This document shows, piece by piece, positions 52,338 through 60,967 of a DNA stretch of 64,000 bases. The DNA comes from an uncultured bacterium (GTDB taxonomy: Bacteria > Verrucomicrobiota > Verrucomicrobiia > Verrucomicrobiales > V1-33). The notes beneath the pieces were generated by a model. That model saw only the letters and a program-made list of their open reading frames with translations. It had not been told where the DNA came from and did not search any database. The position numbers were made by a program, and so were the translations under genes. Numbering within the stretch: the first letter of the stretch is position 1; each line of letters starts with the position of its first letter. The stretch lies in assembly GCA_903936775.1 (NCBI GenBank), contig CAIZWU010000273.1:18030-82029 (forward strand), written 5' to 3'.

Positions 52338-53946
52338 TCAGGGGGCCGGAGTTTCTGCGGGTGATTGCCGGTCCGCCGCCCATCCATGGGGAGTGAGGGC
52401 TCTGAGAGTTTTGGTGGTTTGGGCAGGGAGGGCCAGACGGGTGAACAGATCCGTCAGGTAGGACTGGGCGTCGATTCCGGCCCGGTGGCAGTTGCCGATG
52501 AGAGTGTAAAACAGGGCGGCGCGTCCGCCGCTTTTGGGATCGCCCATGAACAGCCAGTTTTTCCTGCCGATGGCGGTGGGCCGGATGGCATTTTCGACAA
52601 GATTGTTATCGATCATCACCCGGCCGTTCTGGAGGAACACAAGGAGTTTGTCCCACTGGCCGAGGGTGTAGGTGATGGCCTCACCTGTCAGGCTTCGGGG
52701 CAGATGTTTGCGCCGGACCACGAGATCGTCGAGCCGTGCTTTGATTTGCCGGAGGATGGGAAGGCTGTGGGTTTTGCGTTCGGCCCGGATGGTGGCGGGC
52801 CCGGCGCGGCAATCGCGCAGACGGGTTTCGATGTGATAGAGTTTCTGCATCTGCAGGAGGACCCAGGCGGCATCTTCCCCTTCGGCTCTGGCGTCGTAAA
52901 AGTAGCGTCGCGCATGAGCCATGCAGCCCGCCAGCTGGATGGAATGTCCCTTCTCCGCGCGGTTTTTGACAAAGCGGTTATATGATTTCCAGCCGTCACA
53001 CTGGATGATGCCCCGGTAGTCCGCCGGGACGATTTTTTCGAGACTGTCCGCCCCGCGCCCGGTGCGCCAAGCGAAGTAGCTCAGGTTCCTCACGGGGTTG
53101 TGGAACAGCCAGCAGTAGCCGGTGCCGCAGACGCCTTTTCTGTCCGGGTCCTGGTATTTCACCGGGGTTTCGTCCACCTGGACATAACCGTCCGCGAAGA
53201 CTTCGTCCTTGGTGGCAACGAGGATGAGGCCGCTGGCCTCGGCAGCCATGCCGGCCCAGCCGCAAAGGGTCTGGCGGGAGAGCGGGACCCCGGCGCGGGC
53301 GTAGAGTTGCTCGATCCGGTAATACGGCAGGTGCTGTTCGAAGCGCAGGACGAGGGTGTTGGCAAGGAGGCGCGGCGTGGCGATGCAGCGGTCCTGGAGC
53401 AGATGCAGCGGCGCGGTGATGGGGGCTTGGAAAGGGTGGTCGACCGTTGGGATGCACGATGATGCGCACACAAAAATGCCCGGGAATGTAGTCGAGGAGT
53501 TTGGTCTCCTCGCTGGCCCCGGTGGCGCGCCAGGCTCCGGGGTCGGCTTCCACTTCCGGAGGCGTCAGGACGGTGGTGGTCGAAGGAAGGTTTCCGATGA
53601 GCTCGGCCAAGCTGCGCTTTTTCCTCACCGGCGCAGGTGACGGACCCGGGGCGGCCGGAGTAGCGTCAGGACCAGGGTCTCCGGCGGCGGGTTCCTCCAC
53701 AGGTGGAGTGGCGGCGGCCGCTTCCTGGGCAAAGGTGTCGAAAATGAGCTGCAACTGGCCGGGATTGAGCTTCTCGGAAGAGCGGCCGAAGAGTTTGCGC
53801 GACAAGGCGTCGATCTTGAGCCGCAGCACGTGTTTTTCCTGCCGGAGCCGCTCCACTTCCTCCTGAAGCCCCTTGAGGTTCTCGGTTAACGACGCCACCT
53901 GTCCTTCGAGCAGGACTTCGCGGGCAGTGGGTTCGCAGGTCAGCAT
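52338..53946 (-). pseudogene. tnpC: IS66 transposase TnpC, split by a frameshift near 53450
   Basis: The N-terminal part is ORF 52996..53946. It has a leucine zipper (LTENLKGLQEEVERLRQEKHVLRLKIDALSRKLFGRSSEK) and EETKLLDYIPGHFCVRIIVHP, then degenerates into Pro/Arg-rich nonsense. The DDE body continues in another frame as ORF 52338..53471 (TVDHPFQAP...LPYYRIEQLYARAGVPLSRQTLCGW...VQVDETPVKY...CWLFHNP). A single-nt indel around CATCCCAACGG would join them. Confidence 0.75.
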
Positions 53947-54037
53947 AAGGCGGCAGGCGCGCCCGGCAAAGCCATAGTGCCCGTGCTGTCAATAACTCTT
54001 TGCGTAACTTGCTATAAAAAATATCTCCCGAGGGCTC

Positions 54038-54392
54038 TCAGGCCCGTTCATACCAGCCACGCGGCTTTGCGCCGTGCATGTCGATGCCGTCCGTCAGCAT
54101 GGCGAAGGCCTCGGGGTTGAGGGCCAGTTTGGTTTGCCCGTCCGCCGCGGCCCGGGGCCAGAAAAAAGTCCCGGCCTCAAGCCGTTTTGTCAGGATCCAA
54201 ACGCCAGTTCCATCCCAGTAGAGCACCTTGAGGAGTCGGCGGCGCTTGTTGGTGAAGACAAAGAGGGCTCCGGTTTTCACCTCCTCTTGGAGCCGCCCGC
54301 TGACGAAGGGCATGCAGGGTATTGATCCCCGCCCGCATGTCGCAGGGATCCAGCGCGATGAAGATGCGCAAGGCACCGGAAAAACTCAACAT
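54038..54392 (-). pseudogene. tnpB: IS66 Orf2 (TnpB), frameshifted
   Basis: The N-terminus MLSFSGALRIFIALDPCDMRAGINTLHA (ATG 54392) is in one frame. The conserved remainder FVSGRLQEEVKTGALFVFTNKRRRLLKVLYWDGTGVWILTKRLEAGTFFWP is in another (ORF 54038..54376). The shift occurs near 54310. Confidence 0.7.
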
Positions 54393-54800
54393 GGCGCGCT
54401 GGAGGCGAGCGCTTGAATGATCCGCACCGCCAGCTCTGCCTGCCGCCCGTCCGCCACCAGCAGCCGCGTCCCGCAGCGCAGTTCCAACCAGGGCCGGCCC
54501 TCGATCGGCCTGAGGATGGACCGGGCCGGGCATCACTGCCTCCATCAGACGGACGCCGGGAACCAGCCGCCGTGATGCTTTGAGAGCCGGGGCCGCCATC
54601 TGGTAATCGCCCCGCTCATGGCGGCGGCGCTGAATCCATGAGGCGAAGGTCTGATTTTGCAGTCCCGTCATCCGCGCAAACGCCGCCCCCTTCAGCCCGC
54701 TGCGTTCAAACTCATCCAGAATCGCCTCGCGTTGTTCCGCACAATAACTCACGCGGCCCACCGCGTCCCGTTTCAATATCTTCAAGGCAGTTGCTCCCAT
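54393..54800 (-). CDS. tnpA: IS66 Orf1 (TnpA-like HTH), no stop before tnpB
   Basis: RVSYCAEQREAILDEFERSGLKGAAFARMTGLQNQTFASWIQRRR is the typical IS66 Orf1 HTH. The reading frame runs straight into the tnpB N-terminus without a stop, which is atypical and consistent with decay or sequence error. Confidence 0.55.
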
Positions 54801-54871
54801 AAGAGCCGTAGTTTATGCCTCCAGCTACGCCGCGCACCATCCTTCCAACGGGGCTACGTTTGACGGATACG

Positions 54872-56370
54872 TTCCTCCAGCAGGGCGACCCGCTCTTTCA
54901 GATAAGCCTCCGCGTCGGCATTCACAGACAGCGGGATGGTCCCCGTTTTCTTCAGCTCCCCGAAAGCCGGAGCGGGAATGAGGTAATCCTCGAAATCCTT
55001 GAACTGCCGGGATCCCCTGACCCAGATGTCCCCGGAGCGGAGCGCGTTTTTCAGCTCGCACAAAGCGCAGATCTCGTAGTTCCGTCGGTCTAGGCCCTGA
55101 GCCGTGCGCACCGGCTTGTCCCAGCGCTTTTTGATAAAAGCCGTGGGGGCGTCCGCAGGCAGCTCCTTGTGCGAACCGGCGTTGAGCGCACGGATTTGCT
55201 CCACAGCCTCCATTACCGCTTTCCCGGCGGGAGCGGCCTTCAGCGGTGGAACCTCCAGCAGGGCCGGGGCATAACGGCGGACGGTTGGCCAGTTCTCGGC
55301 CAGCAGGTGGATGAAATCAAACTCCTCCGGCTGGGAAAGCTTGCCAGTCTCCGCGACACTGGCCGCAAACTCATCCCATGGGAGCACGGTCTCGATGGCC
55401 GCGAAGGCGTCGACTCCCTCCGCTTTCGCTTTGACGAGCGCCCGGCCAATTTTTCCGTATAACAGGAGCTGATCGTTGATCCGCCGTCCGGACTGCTGGA
55501 AACGCTGCTGATGTTTGTGGCGGGCCGCGTTGAGAAGCTTCCGATGATGCGGTCATGCAGATCGATGATCTGATCAATCACCGTCGCCGTGCCCTCGATA
55601 GCCAGCGCCACCAGTGTGGCATATTTCCGCTGGCTTTCACATTTGCCAAGGTCGCGGGAAGTCATCTGTCCTCCCTCGCGTGCCATTTTCAGCAGCCGGT
55701 TCTGGTGAACCCGCCGGTCCAGACCATCCGGAAGCCCCAGAGAGTGAAATCCCGCAGACGCTCAATGTGTTACAGCATGTGCCGCGAATTGGGTTTCACG
55801 GGCGACTGCCGCAGCCGCTACAGCCAAGTGATCCGGGTGCCAGGCTTCAGTTCCAGCCAGCCATCCAGTTTTGCCCGCTGGGCTTCTGACAAAGGGTCGG
55901 CGAGAACCGCGCAAATCTGACGGGTGGCCCGGGTGATGGCCTCCGACGCCAGCCTTTCCACAACCTCAATGGGCGGTATCATCACTTTCAACAGCCCGGG
56001 CCCAGCGGAAATCCCCCAGCTCGAATGGCCTCAAACCAAGATAGGCCCGGAGTTCCACAAGGTGTTCCCGGCGCGTTTGCCCGCGGGAGGCATACTGCGG
56101 CCAGCACTGCGCTTCCACACCAAGCTGGCTGCCGATCCACCGGATCATGACATCGCTGATCTGCATTCCCATCTCCAGACCCCGGCCCGGAAACCGCAGT
56201 AGACAAAGCTGCACCGCGAAGCCCAGCTGATTGGCATCTCCTCTCCGCTGACGGATCAGGGAAAGGTCGGTCTCGCTGAAGGTATAGCGGCGGGCAAACT
56301 CCTCTTCCGATTGGGGCGGCTGAAGGAGAGTGGCACGCTCAGCGGGGGAAAAGAAGCTGCGTCTCGGCAT
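54872..56370 (-). pseudogene. tnpA: Tn3-family transposase, N-terminal ~500 codons only, multiple frameshifts, truncated by the IS66 insertion
   Basis: From ATG 56370: MPRRSFFSPAERATLLQPPQSEEEFARRYTFSETDLSLIRQRRGDANQLGFAVQLCLLRFPGR, the DUF4158 N-terminus of Tn3 transposases. Later pieces lie in other frames ([30 protein letters not shown]; [43 protein letters not shown]...RRNYEICALCELKNALRSGDIWVRGSRQFKDFEDYLI). The coding sequence is cut at the IS66 IR (54871/54872). Confidence 0.75.
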
Positions 56371-56429
56371 TTCAGCCTTTAAACCGTTCCGGAAACCGCA
56401 CAAGACAGCCTGCTCAGGGTCCCTGAGGG

Positions 56430-56467
56430 CTTAGCGTGCAATTTTTTCCGTTTTCCCTGAGGACCCC
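56430..56467 (-). repeat. Tn3-family (Tn21-subgroup-like) 38-bp terminal inverted repeat
   Basis: The minus strand reads GGGGTCCTCAGGGAAAACGGAAAAAATTGCACGCTAAG. Compare the Tn21 IR as I recall it, GGGGTCGTCTCAGAAAACGGAAAATAAAGCACGCTAAG. It lies 97 nt upstream of the tnpA start with the outer GGGG end at 56467. Confidence 0.75.
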
Positions 56468-56550
56468 TGATTGTTCTGAGGGAAAATCTTGCCCATCCGC
56501 TTAAATCCTCTAGACTACAGTTTTGCCTTAATATTCAGATTTCTAAGATT

Positions 56551-57132
56551 GTGCCCGTGACGCTACAGCAGTTCAATTATTTTGCCCAATATGTGCTGCC
56601 TTCCCTTGATGGCCACTGGATGAAGGATTCCATCGCGATCACCTACCTCGAAGGAAATTTTCCTACTCCTCAAAAAGAGCTGTTGCCAAAAAACTGTGGT
56701 CCAGCGGCTTTGTCCGCGCTTTTTGGGTTAGGCGTGCTCCAATATTTGCCGGGGCATGCCTTGGAGATGTGGCAAGGGCTGAATCGTCGCGACATGGAGA
56801 AAGCCTTGCTAGAACTCGATCTGCCTTTTGATCGTCTCCACAGCAGTTGGCCGGTTTTCGGGTTGTGCCTGATCCAATGGCAAGGGCCTTGGCTGGAACG
56901 ATGTTTTAATGGTTCAAGCTTGGCCTACACTCACTGGGTTGCAGTGGTTGAAAATTACGTCTTTGACACCAATTGGGGTGAATGGCTTCCTAAGAATGTT
57001 TGGGAGGAATGCGTCGTTTATAACTTACTTGCAGCTCATAAGGGAAACGAGGGATGGAAACCACTTACAGCCTATGAATTTCACCGTCGGTCGGACTACG
57101 CCACCAACTCAAGCTGCTCATCACGGAGATGA
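56551..57132 (+). CDS. Papain-fold cysteine peptidase, C39-like
   Basis: KNCGPAALSALFG (Cys motif, compare C39 Q..DCG.AAL), THWVAVVENYVFDTNWG (His motif, compare HfVVl, followed by D/N). GTG start at 56551, with an alternative ATG at 56620. Its 3' end overlaps the convergent Cys-rich gene by 37 nt. Confidence 0.55.
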   Translation: MPVTLQQFNYFAQYVLPSLDGHWMKDSIAITYLEGNFPTPQKELLPKNCGPAALSALFGLGVLQYLPGHALEMWQGLNRRDMEKALLELDLPFDRLHSSWPVFGLCLIQWQGPWLERCFNGSSLAYTHWVAVVENYVFDTNWGEWLPKNVWEECVVYNLLAAHKGNEGWKPLTAYEFHRRSDYATNSSCSSRR

Positions 57133-58220
57133 GAAACATCATGGAGATTGGCCCTCGAATAAATAAATTGCCGATGGTGGAAAATATTGGCGGCCAGTCT
57201 TTGGCTTAAACATTCTGTGGCAGGACCCTGGAAAAGCCTCCACCGAGGCCGAAGTTTCGCTGATTGGAATAAGTTGAAACGATGCACCGTCTTCATAAAT
57301 GGGGTGCTATCGACGACAGTGAAATCTTCGAATAAGGCTTTCAATTCTTGGATCCTGCCAGTTCCTCCAAAAACTATTGGATGGATTTTGCGCCCAAGGC
57401 TTTGCATCATTTGCCCCAAATTTTTGAGGAACTTGGTGCGTCTGGCATCATCCCTTAGGCCAGTTTGAAATTCGAAGGCGACGTAATGGATCTGCGGCAG
57501 GGTCTTCATTATCTGCTCCCACTTGCCCCAATCCGAAATAGTGCTCGCATTAATATGGGGGACTGTGGGAACGCCAGCATCTCCCATGCGGTCAACCAGC
57601 CTGAAAATCCGCGAAAGGCTATAAAGGGAGTTTACCCTTGGGGTGTCCAGCATGAAGGAATAATTTGGCACTGTCATTCCAAGCAAATTTAGCTTGCTGA
57701 CTTGTTGCAAAAGGTTTTTGAGTTGGTGATCACGCCAAAAATCTTCAATGAGCTGGTCAGGGGCAATGCACGAAAGTAAGACCTGCGTTGAGCGGGCGAG
57801 TTTTAATGTAAAACAGAGTTCATCGTGAGTCTCAAATGCAATTTCCAGACCACGACGGTTCTTTCTGATAATGGCGGCCAAAGGTATCGCGACAACCCGT
57901 TCTGAGAGCACATGACGGCGGTTACCCGCGTGATGAATATTGGGGACGTAGTATGGCAACTTACGTGCGGTGCGAGGTGTAACGCAAATGCTTGGTGGAG
58001 TGCAGATTCCCCCTACGTCATCCCACGCTTCGTCAAAACCTATGGGAGTGCAAGGACACAAGCAGTCACAGGGATTGAGCTTGCAGTAAAGGTCACATCT
58101 CTGAAAGCATCCCTTGCTATAATCAGGGCCGTCCAAACCGCCGCAGTCGCGCAGGAAAACACATTCCGCACAGGATGAACAAGGCGGTGCAGGATTGTTT
58201 CTGAAAGCTTGATTGGGCAT
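57096..58220 (-). CDS. Cys-rich N-terminal module (13 Cys in 79 aa) fused to a ~290-aa alpha/beta domain of unknown function
   Basis: C14-x2-C17-x2-C20-x5-C26, then C38-x3-C42-x3-C46-x4-C51-x-C53-x-C55-x-C57, then C73 and C79. The remainder alternates hydrophobic strands and helices (VVAIPLAAII, VLLSCIAP, LLGMTVPNYSF, YVAFEFQTG, IHPIVFGG, FTVVDSTPF). Last gene of a four-gene minus-strand cassette. Confidence 0.6.
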   Translation of the reverse strand: MPNQAFRNNPAPPCSSCAECVFLRDCGGLDGPDYSKGCFQRCDLYCKLNPCDCLCPCTPIGFDEAWDDVGGICTPPSICVTPRTARKLPYYVPNIHHAGNRRHVLSERVVAIPLAAIIRKNRRGLEIAFETHDELCFTLKLARSTQVLLSCIAPDQLIEDFWRDHQLKNLLQQVSKLNLLGMTVPNYSFMLDTPRVNSLYSLSRIFRLVDRMGDAGVPTVPHINASTISDWGKWEQIMKTLPQIHYVAFEFQTGLRDDARRTKFLKNLGQMMQSLGRKIHPIVFGGTGRIQELKALFEDFTVVDSTPFMKTVHRFNLFQSAKLRPRWRLFQGPATECLSQRLAANIFHHRQFIYSRANLHDVSHLRDEQLELVA

Positions 58221-58229
58221 GACGCGACC

Positions 58230-58616
58230 TCACTGGTTTTTAAATGGTTTGAATGGCCGGACCGAGAAATTACCTGAAATATCCGGGAGGTCGGTTAATA
58301 GCACTGTCATAATCCCGGTATGGACGTTGTTGCTTTTAATGAATGCTGCGAGCCTTGCGGCATCTTCAAACTGAATGGCACCTATCTCTTGCCCGTTCTG
58401 GGAAACTTTCATTTCTGATTCGCTGAAAACTCTGATCAATAGCCTAAGCCCTTTGACTAATGCCGCCCCATTATCTGTAAGGTGGCACTGGAAAATTTGA
58501 CCCGATAAATCGGGCTGGGCATTCCGAAGCAAGTCCATGTCGAATTCTTGATTCCGACTGGCATCTCGGCGCACCTCAAAAGCGGCCCCTTTATCGCGCA
58601 TAAAGTCTAATCCCAT
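58230..58616 (-). CDS. Hypothetical 128-aa protein (cassette gene 3)
   Basis: The internal ATG at 58616 (MGLDFMRDKGAAFEV...) gives a 10-nt overlap with the upstream stop. The track ORF (to 58787) would overlap by 181 nt. A 9-nt gap separates it from the downstream gene. No motif recognised. Confidence 0.5.
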   Translation of the reverse strand: MGLDFMRDKGAAFEVRRDASRNQEFDMDLLRNAQPDLSGQIFQCHLTDNGAALVKGLRLLIRVFSESEMKVSQNGQEIGAIQFEDAARLAAFIKSNNVHTGIMTVLLTDLPDISGNFSVRPFKPFKNQ

Positions 58617-59236
58617 AGTCGATGTTTTTTTGAAATTGATGAGTAAATCCAGAATTTGCCCTCTCTTCTTCTTTGCACGAGCCGTTTGCTGAACAATTCC
58701 AAGAGACGGTTGCTCCACGCATTTATCGTTATTTTTTCCGTGGATAAGGTGTGAAGCCGTTGAGCCGTGATCTCGCCTTGGGAACACACCAGTTCCAGAG
58801 TCGAAGCCAGAAACAAATCTAACGGACCTAGGATTTGAGCAGACTCAATTTCTCCCTTTTCCCATCTGTCCATAAGCAGAAAACTCTCTCCTCTCTGCGT
58901 GGCAAAATCTCGTATTTCCTCGGCTACATCGCGGGAACAGTTTGAGATAACGGGGAAAAATGGAAAAGGTCGTATGGCCCAAGCTTCACTACTGCCTGAA
59001 GGGGTGCCCATGACATCCGCTCGACCGCATAGCACCGACCATAGAAGTGAAGCTCTAAGGTAGCTGCCATTGGTATGATCGACCCCCTCAAAGTTAAAAA
59101 TCACCATCGTGGGCAACTGCTGGGTTCGGCCAAAAACCGGCATGATTTGCTCCAAATCTTTCCGAGCTTCCAGAGCGCCCAACGCATGAGGCGCATGGAC
59201 GTGAATTTGAAGATTGTTTCCGAACACAGGCGTCAA
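58607..59236 (-). CDS. STAS-like (DUF4325-like) domain plus C-terminal winged-helix protein (cassette gene 2)
   Basis: TMVIFNFEGVDHTNGSYLRASLL resembles the DUF4325/STAS-like pattern (vvlDF.gV..itssF.del). The C-terminus GEITAQRLHTLSTEKITINAWSNRLLELFSKRLVQRRREGKFWIY looks like a MarR/ArsR-type wHTH. Confidence 0.55.
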   Translation of the reverse strand: MTPVFGNNLQIHVHAPHALGALEARKDLEQIMPVFGRTQQLPTMVIFNFEGVDHTNGSYLRASLLWSVLCGRADVMGTPSGSSEAWAIRPFPFFPVISNCSRDVAEEIRDFATQRGESFLLMDRWEKGEIESAQILGPLDLFLASTLELVCSQGEITAQRLHTLSTEKITINAWSNRLLELFSKRLVQRRREGKFWIYSSISKKHRLWD

Positions 59237-59257
59237 TAAGCCAAACGAATGATCGGG

Positions 59258-60127
59258 TCAATCCAAAATTATCTTTTCTTCCACATTACCCGAAATTGCC
59301 GTCGAAATTGTAATCTGACACCCCCTCATGAAAGGGGACCGACGATAGGCCGCATCCCTGCTGCCTGGTTGCTGGGTTAATTCAACACAGCTTGAGCCGC
59401 TACGAATTCGGATCATCGAATTGTGGTCGATTAGAGAGCTGAAAATTTGGCGGAAGCCTTCCCCTCCCCCCATTCCGGTTTTACGGCTGGCATGTTCGTC
59501 AACGATAGCGTGTAACGCCTCCTCATCGCTATGCAAATGATCCCATGAGGGCGACGTTTTTAGACTTTCGAGACAGCCCATCCCTAAGTCGGAGATAATC
59601 ATTGAAAAATAATTGCGTTCAATCTGGCAGCCAATTAATCCGGTGAATTTACCGGCACCCTCAAGCTCGCTGTGCTCAATGATGTTCAGGGTCATTTCTA
59701 CAAGAACCCCCATTAATGCTGTCAGATACTTCTGAGGCCATCCTAGATTTTTGCCGATCCTCACGCACCCTTGCTGGAATTCCGAATACTGAAGCTGGGA
59801 AAGCGACCGACGATCTCCGATTGCGCGGGTATCAATTCTGAAAAACCCTAACACAGAATCCATTGTGGATGAGTCAATTCTATTTGGCCGCTCTCTCCGC
59901 CAACACGCGTCAACCTTCTTCCACGGACTCTGGATGGCAGCATCCTCAATTCCTTGCCAAAATAACTGTGCGTTGGCTGAGTTGTCCTGAATTGTCCGGT
60001 AAAGTTCGACCAATCCCGGCAACGTCGCTCCTCCAAAGTATTCGGGAGTGAAATCCGCATTTTTCCTCTCCAGCAAAATATCCCTTACGGCATCGGCATT
60101 TCTTGTGGTCAAAATCGGTCGTGACAT
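59258..60127 (-). CDS. GHKL-superfamily ATPase, SpoIIAB/RsbW-like (cassette gene 1)
   Basis: N-box VEMTLNIIEHS (E-x3-N-x3-H), G1 box ISDLGMGCLESL (DxGxG) and G2 box KTGMGGGEGFRQI. The preceding ~130-aa N-terminal region is unassigned. I prefer the ATG at 60127 over the TTG at 60148 used by the track. Confidence 0.65.
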   Translation of the reverse strand: MSRPILTTRNADAVRDILLERKNADFTPEYFGGATLPGLVELYRTIQDNSANAQLFWQGIEDAAIQSPWKKVDACWRRERPNRIDSSTMDSVLGFFRIDTRAIGDRRSLSQLQYSEFQQGCVRIGKNLGWPQKYLTALMGVLVEMTLNIIEHSELEGAGKFTGLIGCQIERNYFSMIISDLGMGCLESLKTSPSWDHLHSDEEALHAIVDEHASRKTGMGGGEGFRQIFSSLIDHNSMIRIRSGSSCVELTQQPGSRDAAYRRSPFMRGCQITISTAISGNVEEKIILD

Positions 60128-60316
60128 TGCGGCGGAACCACTCAACAACGATTATTATTAATGAATCTCCAGGGATAATTTGGTATCGAAGCGAACTCGG
60201 TGGTGTGGATTTATAATTTTGGTTTGACCATCTCCCGTGCTATTTGAGGCTGAAGTTTGAACTGAATCGGATTTGGTCAGATTGAATCAGCCAACGCGGA
60301 GGATCATTTTACAAAG

Positions 60317-60344
60317 TAACCCAACTTGACATTAAGCTGGGTAA
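60317..60344 (+). promoter_or_regulatory. Imperfect inverted repeat with embedded TTGACA upstream of abiEi
   Basis: TAACCCAACTT-gacatt-AAGCTGGGTAA, with 9/11 arm matches. TTGACA lies at 60326-60331, about 30 nt upstream of the abiEi ATG. AbiEi antitoxins are known to autoregulate through promoter repeats. Confidence 0.3.
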
Positions 60345-60361
60345 TAGTGTAACGTGACGGC

Positions 60362-60967
60362 ATGTCAGCGAGTGTTTCCAAGAATGAGGTGCTGAGCCTT
60401 GCGGGGAAGAAAATCCTTCAATCGAAGGAGCTGGAAGCGCGTGGGGTGTCGCGGATGCAACTGCGGCGGCTCGTGGCGGAGGGGGTGCTGGAACGGACTC
60501 AGCGGGGGCTTTACATCGCGAAGGATTTTCCAGTGGATGCCCATATTTCTCTGGCGGAGGTGGCGGTGCGGTCGCCGAAAGCGGTGATTTGCCTGCTTTC
60601 GGCGTTGAGGTTCCACGAACTTACGACGGAGAATCCTTCCGATGTTTATATCATGCTGCCGGTAGGGACCAAACGGCCTCGGATGACCAATCCCCGGCTG
60701 GAAGTGTCGTGGTCCAAGCCGGAGATGCTGGTTTCAGGCATTGAAGAGCATGTCATCTGCGGGGTGACGGTCAGGATCACCAGTCCGGCCCGGACGGTGG
60801 TGGACTGCTTTAAATACCGGAGCAAGGTGGGGCTGAATGTGGCGGTGGAGGCACTTCACGATGCCTGGCGGAAAAAGAAGGCGACGGCGGATGACCTGTG
60901 GAAACAGGCGGCACTCTGCCGGATGGGAAATGTGATGAGACCTTACTTCGAAAGCCTGACCGCATGA
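60362..60967 (+). CDS. abiEi: AbiEi-family type IV antitoxin (transcriptional regulator)
   Basis: N-terminal wHTH (ELEARGVSRMQLRRLVAEGVLERTQRGLYI), then AVICLLSALRFHELTTENPSDVYIMLP, as in AbiEi_4 domains. ATGA overlap with the toxin gene. Confidence 0.8.
   Translation: MSASVSKNEVLSLAGKKILQSKELEARGVSRMQLRRLVAEGVLERTQRGLYIAKDFPVDAHISLAEVAVRSPKAVICLLSALRFHELTTENPSDVYIMLPVGTKRPRMTNPRLEVSWSKPEMLVSGIEEHVICGVTVRITSPARTVVDCFKYRSKVGLNVAVEALHDAWRKKKATADDLWKQAALCRMGNVMRPYFESLTA

Larger units (their letters stand above)
52285..54871 (-). mobile_element. IS66-family insertion sequence (decayed)
   Basis: Terminal inverted repeats CGTATCCGTCAAGCGTAGCCCTGTTG (52285-52310) and the reverse complement of 54846-54871 (CGTATCCGTCAAACGTAGCCCCGTTG) match at 24/26. 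The internal tnpA-tnpB-tnpC order is typical of IS66. The flanking 8-mers differ (TAATGATT vs TTCCTCCA), so there is no target-site duplication. Confidence 0.8.

Noticed and set aside
52996-53460. The C-terminal half of the 316-aa IS66 ORF (…PPFPSPHHRAAASAPGPLHRHAAPPCQHPRPALRTAPAVLPDRATL…) as a genuine Pro/Arg-rich domain.
   Set aside because: The conserved IS66 DDE region is encoded by the same DNA in a different frame (ORF 52338..53471). The Pro/Arg-rich stretch is out-of-frame read-through after a frameshift.
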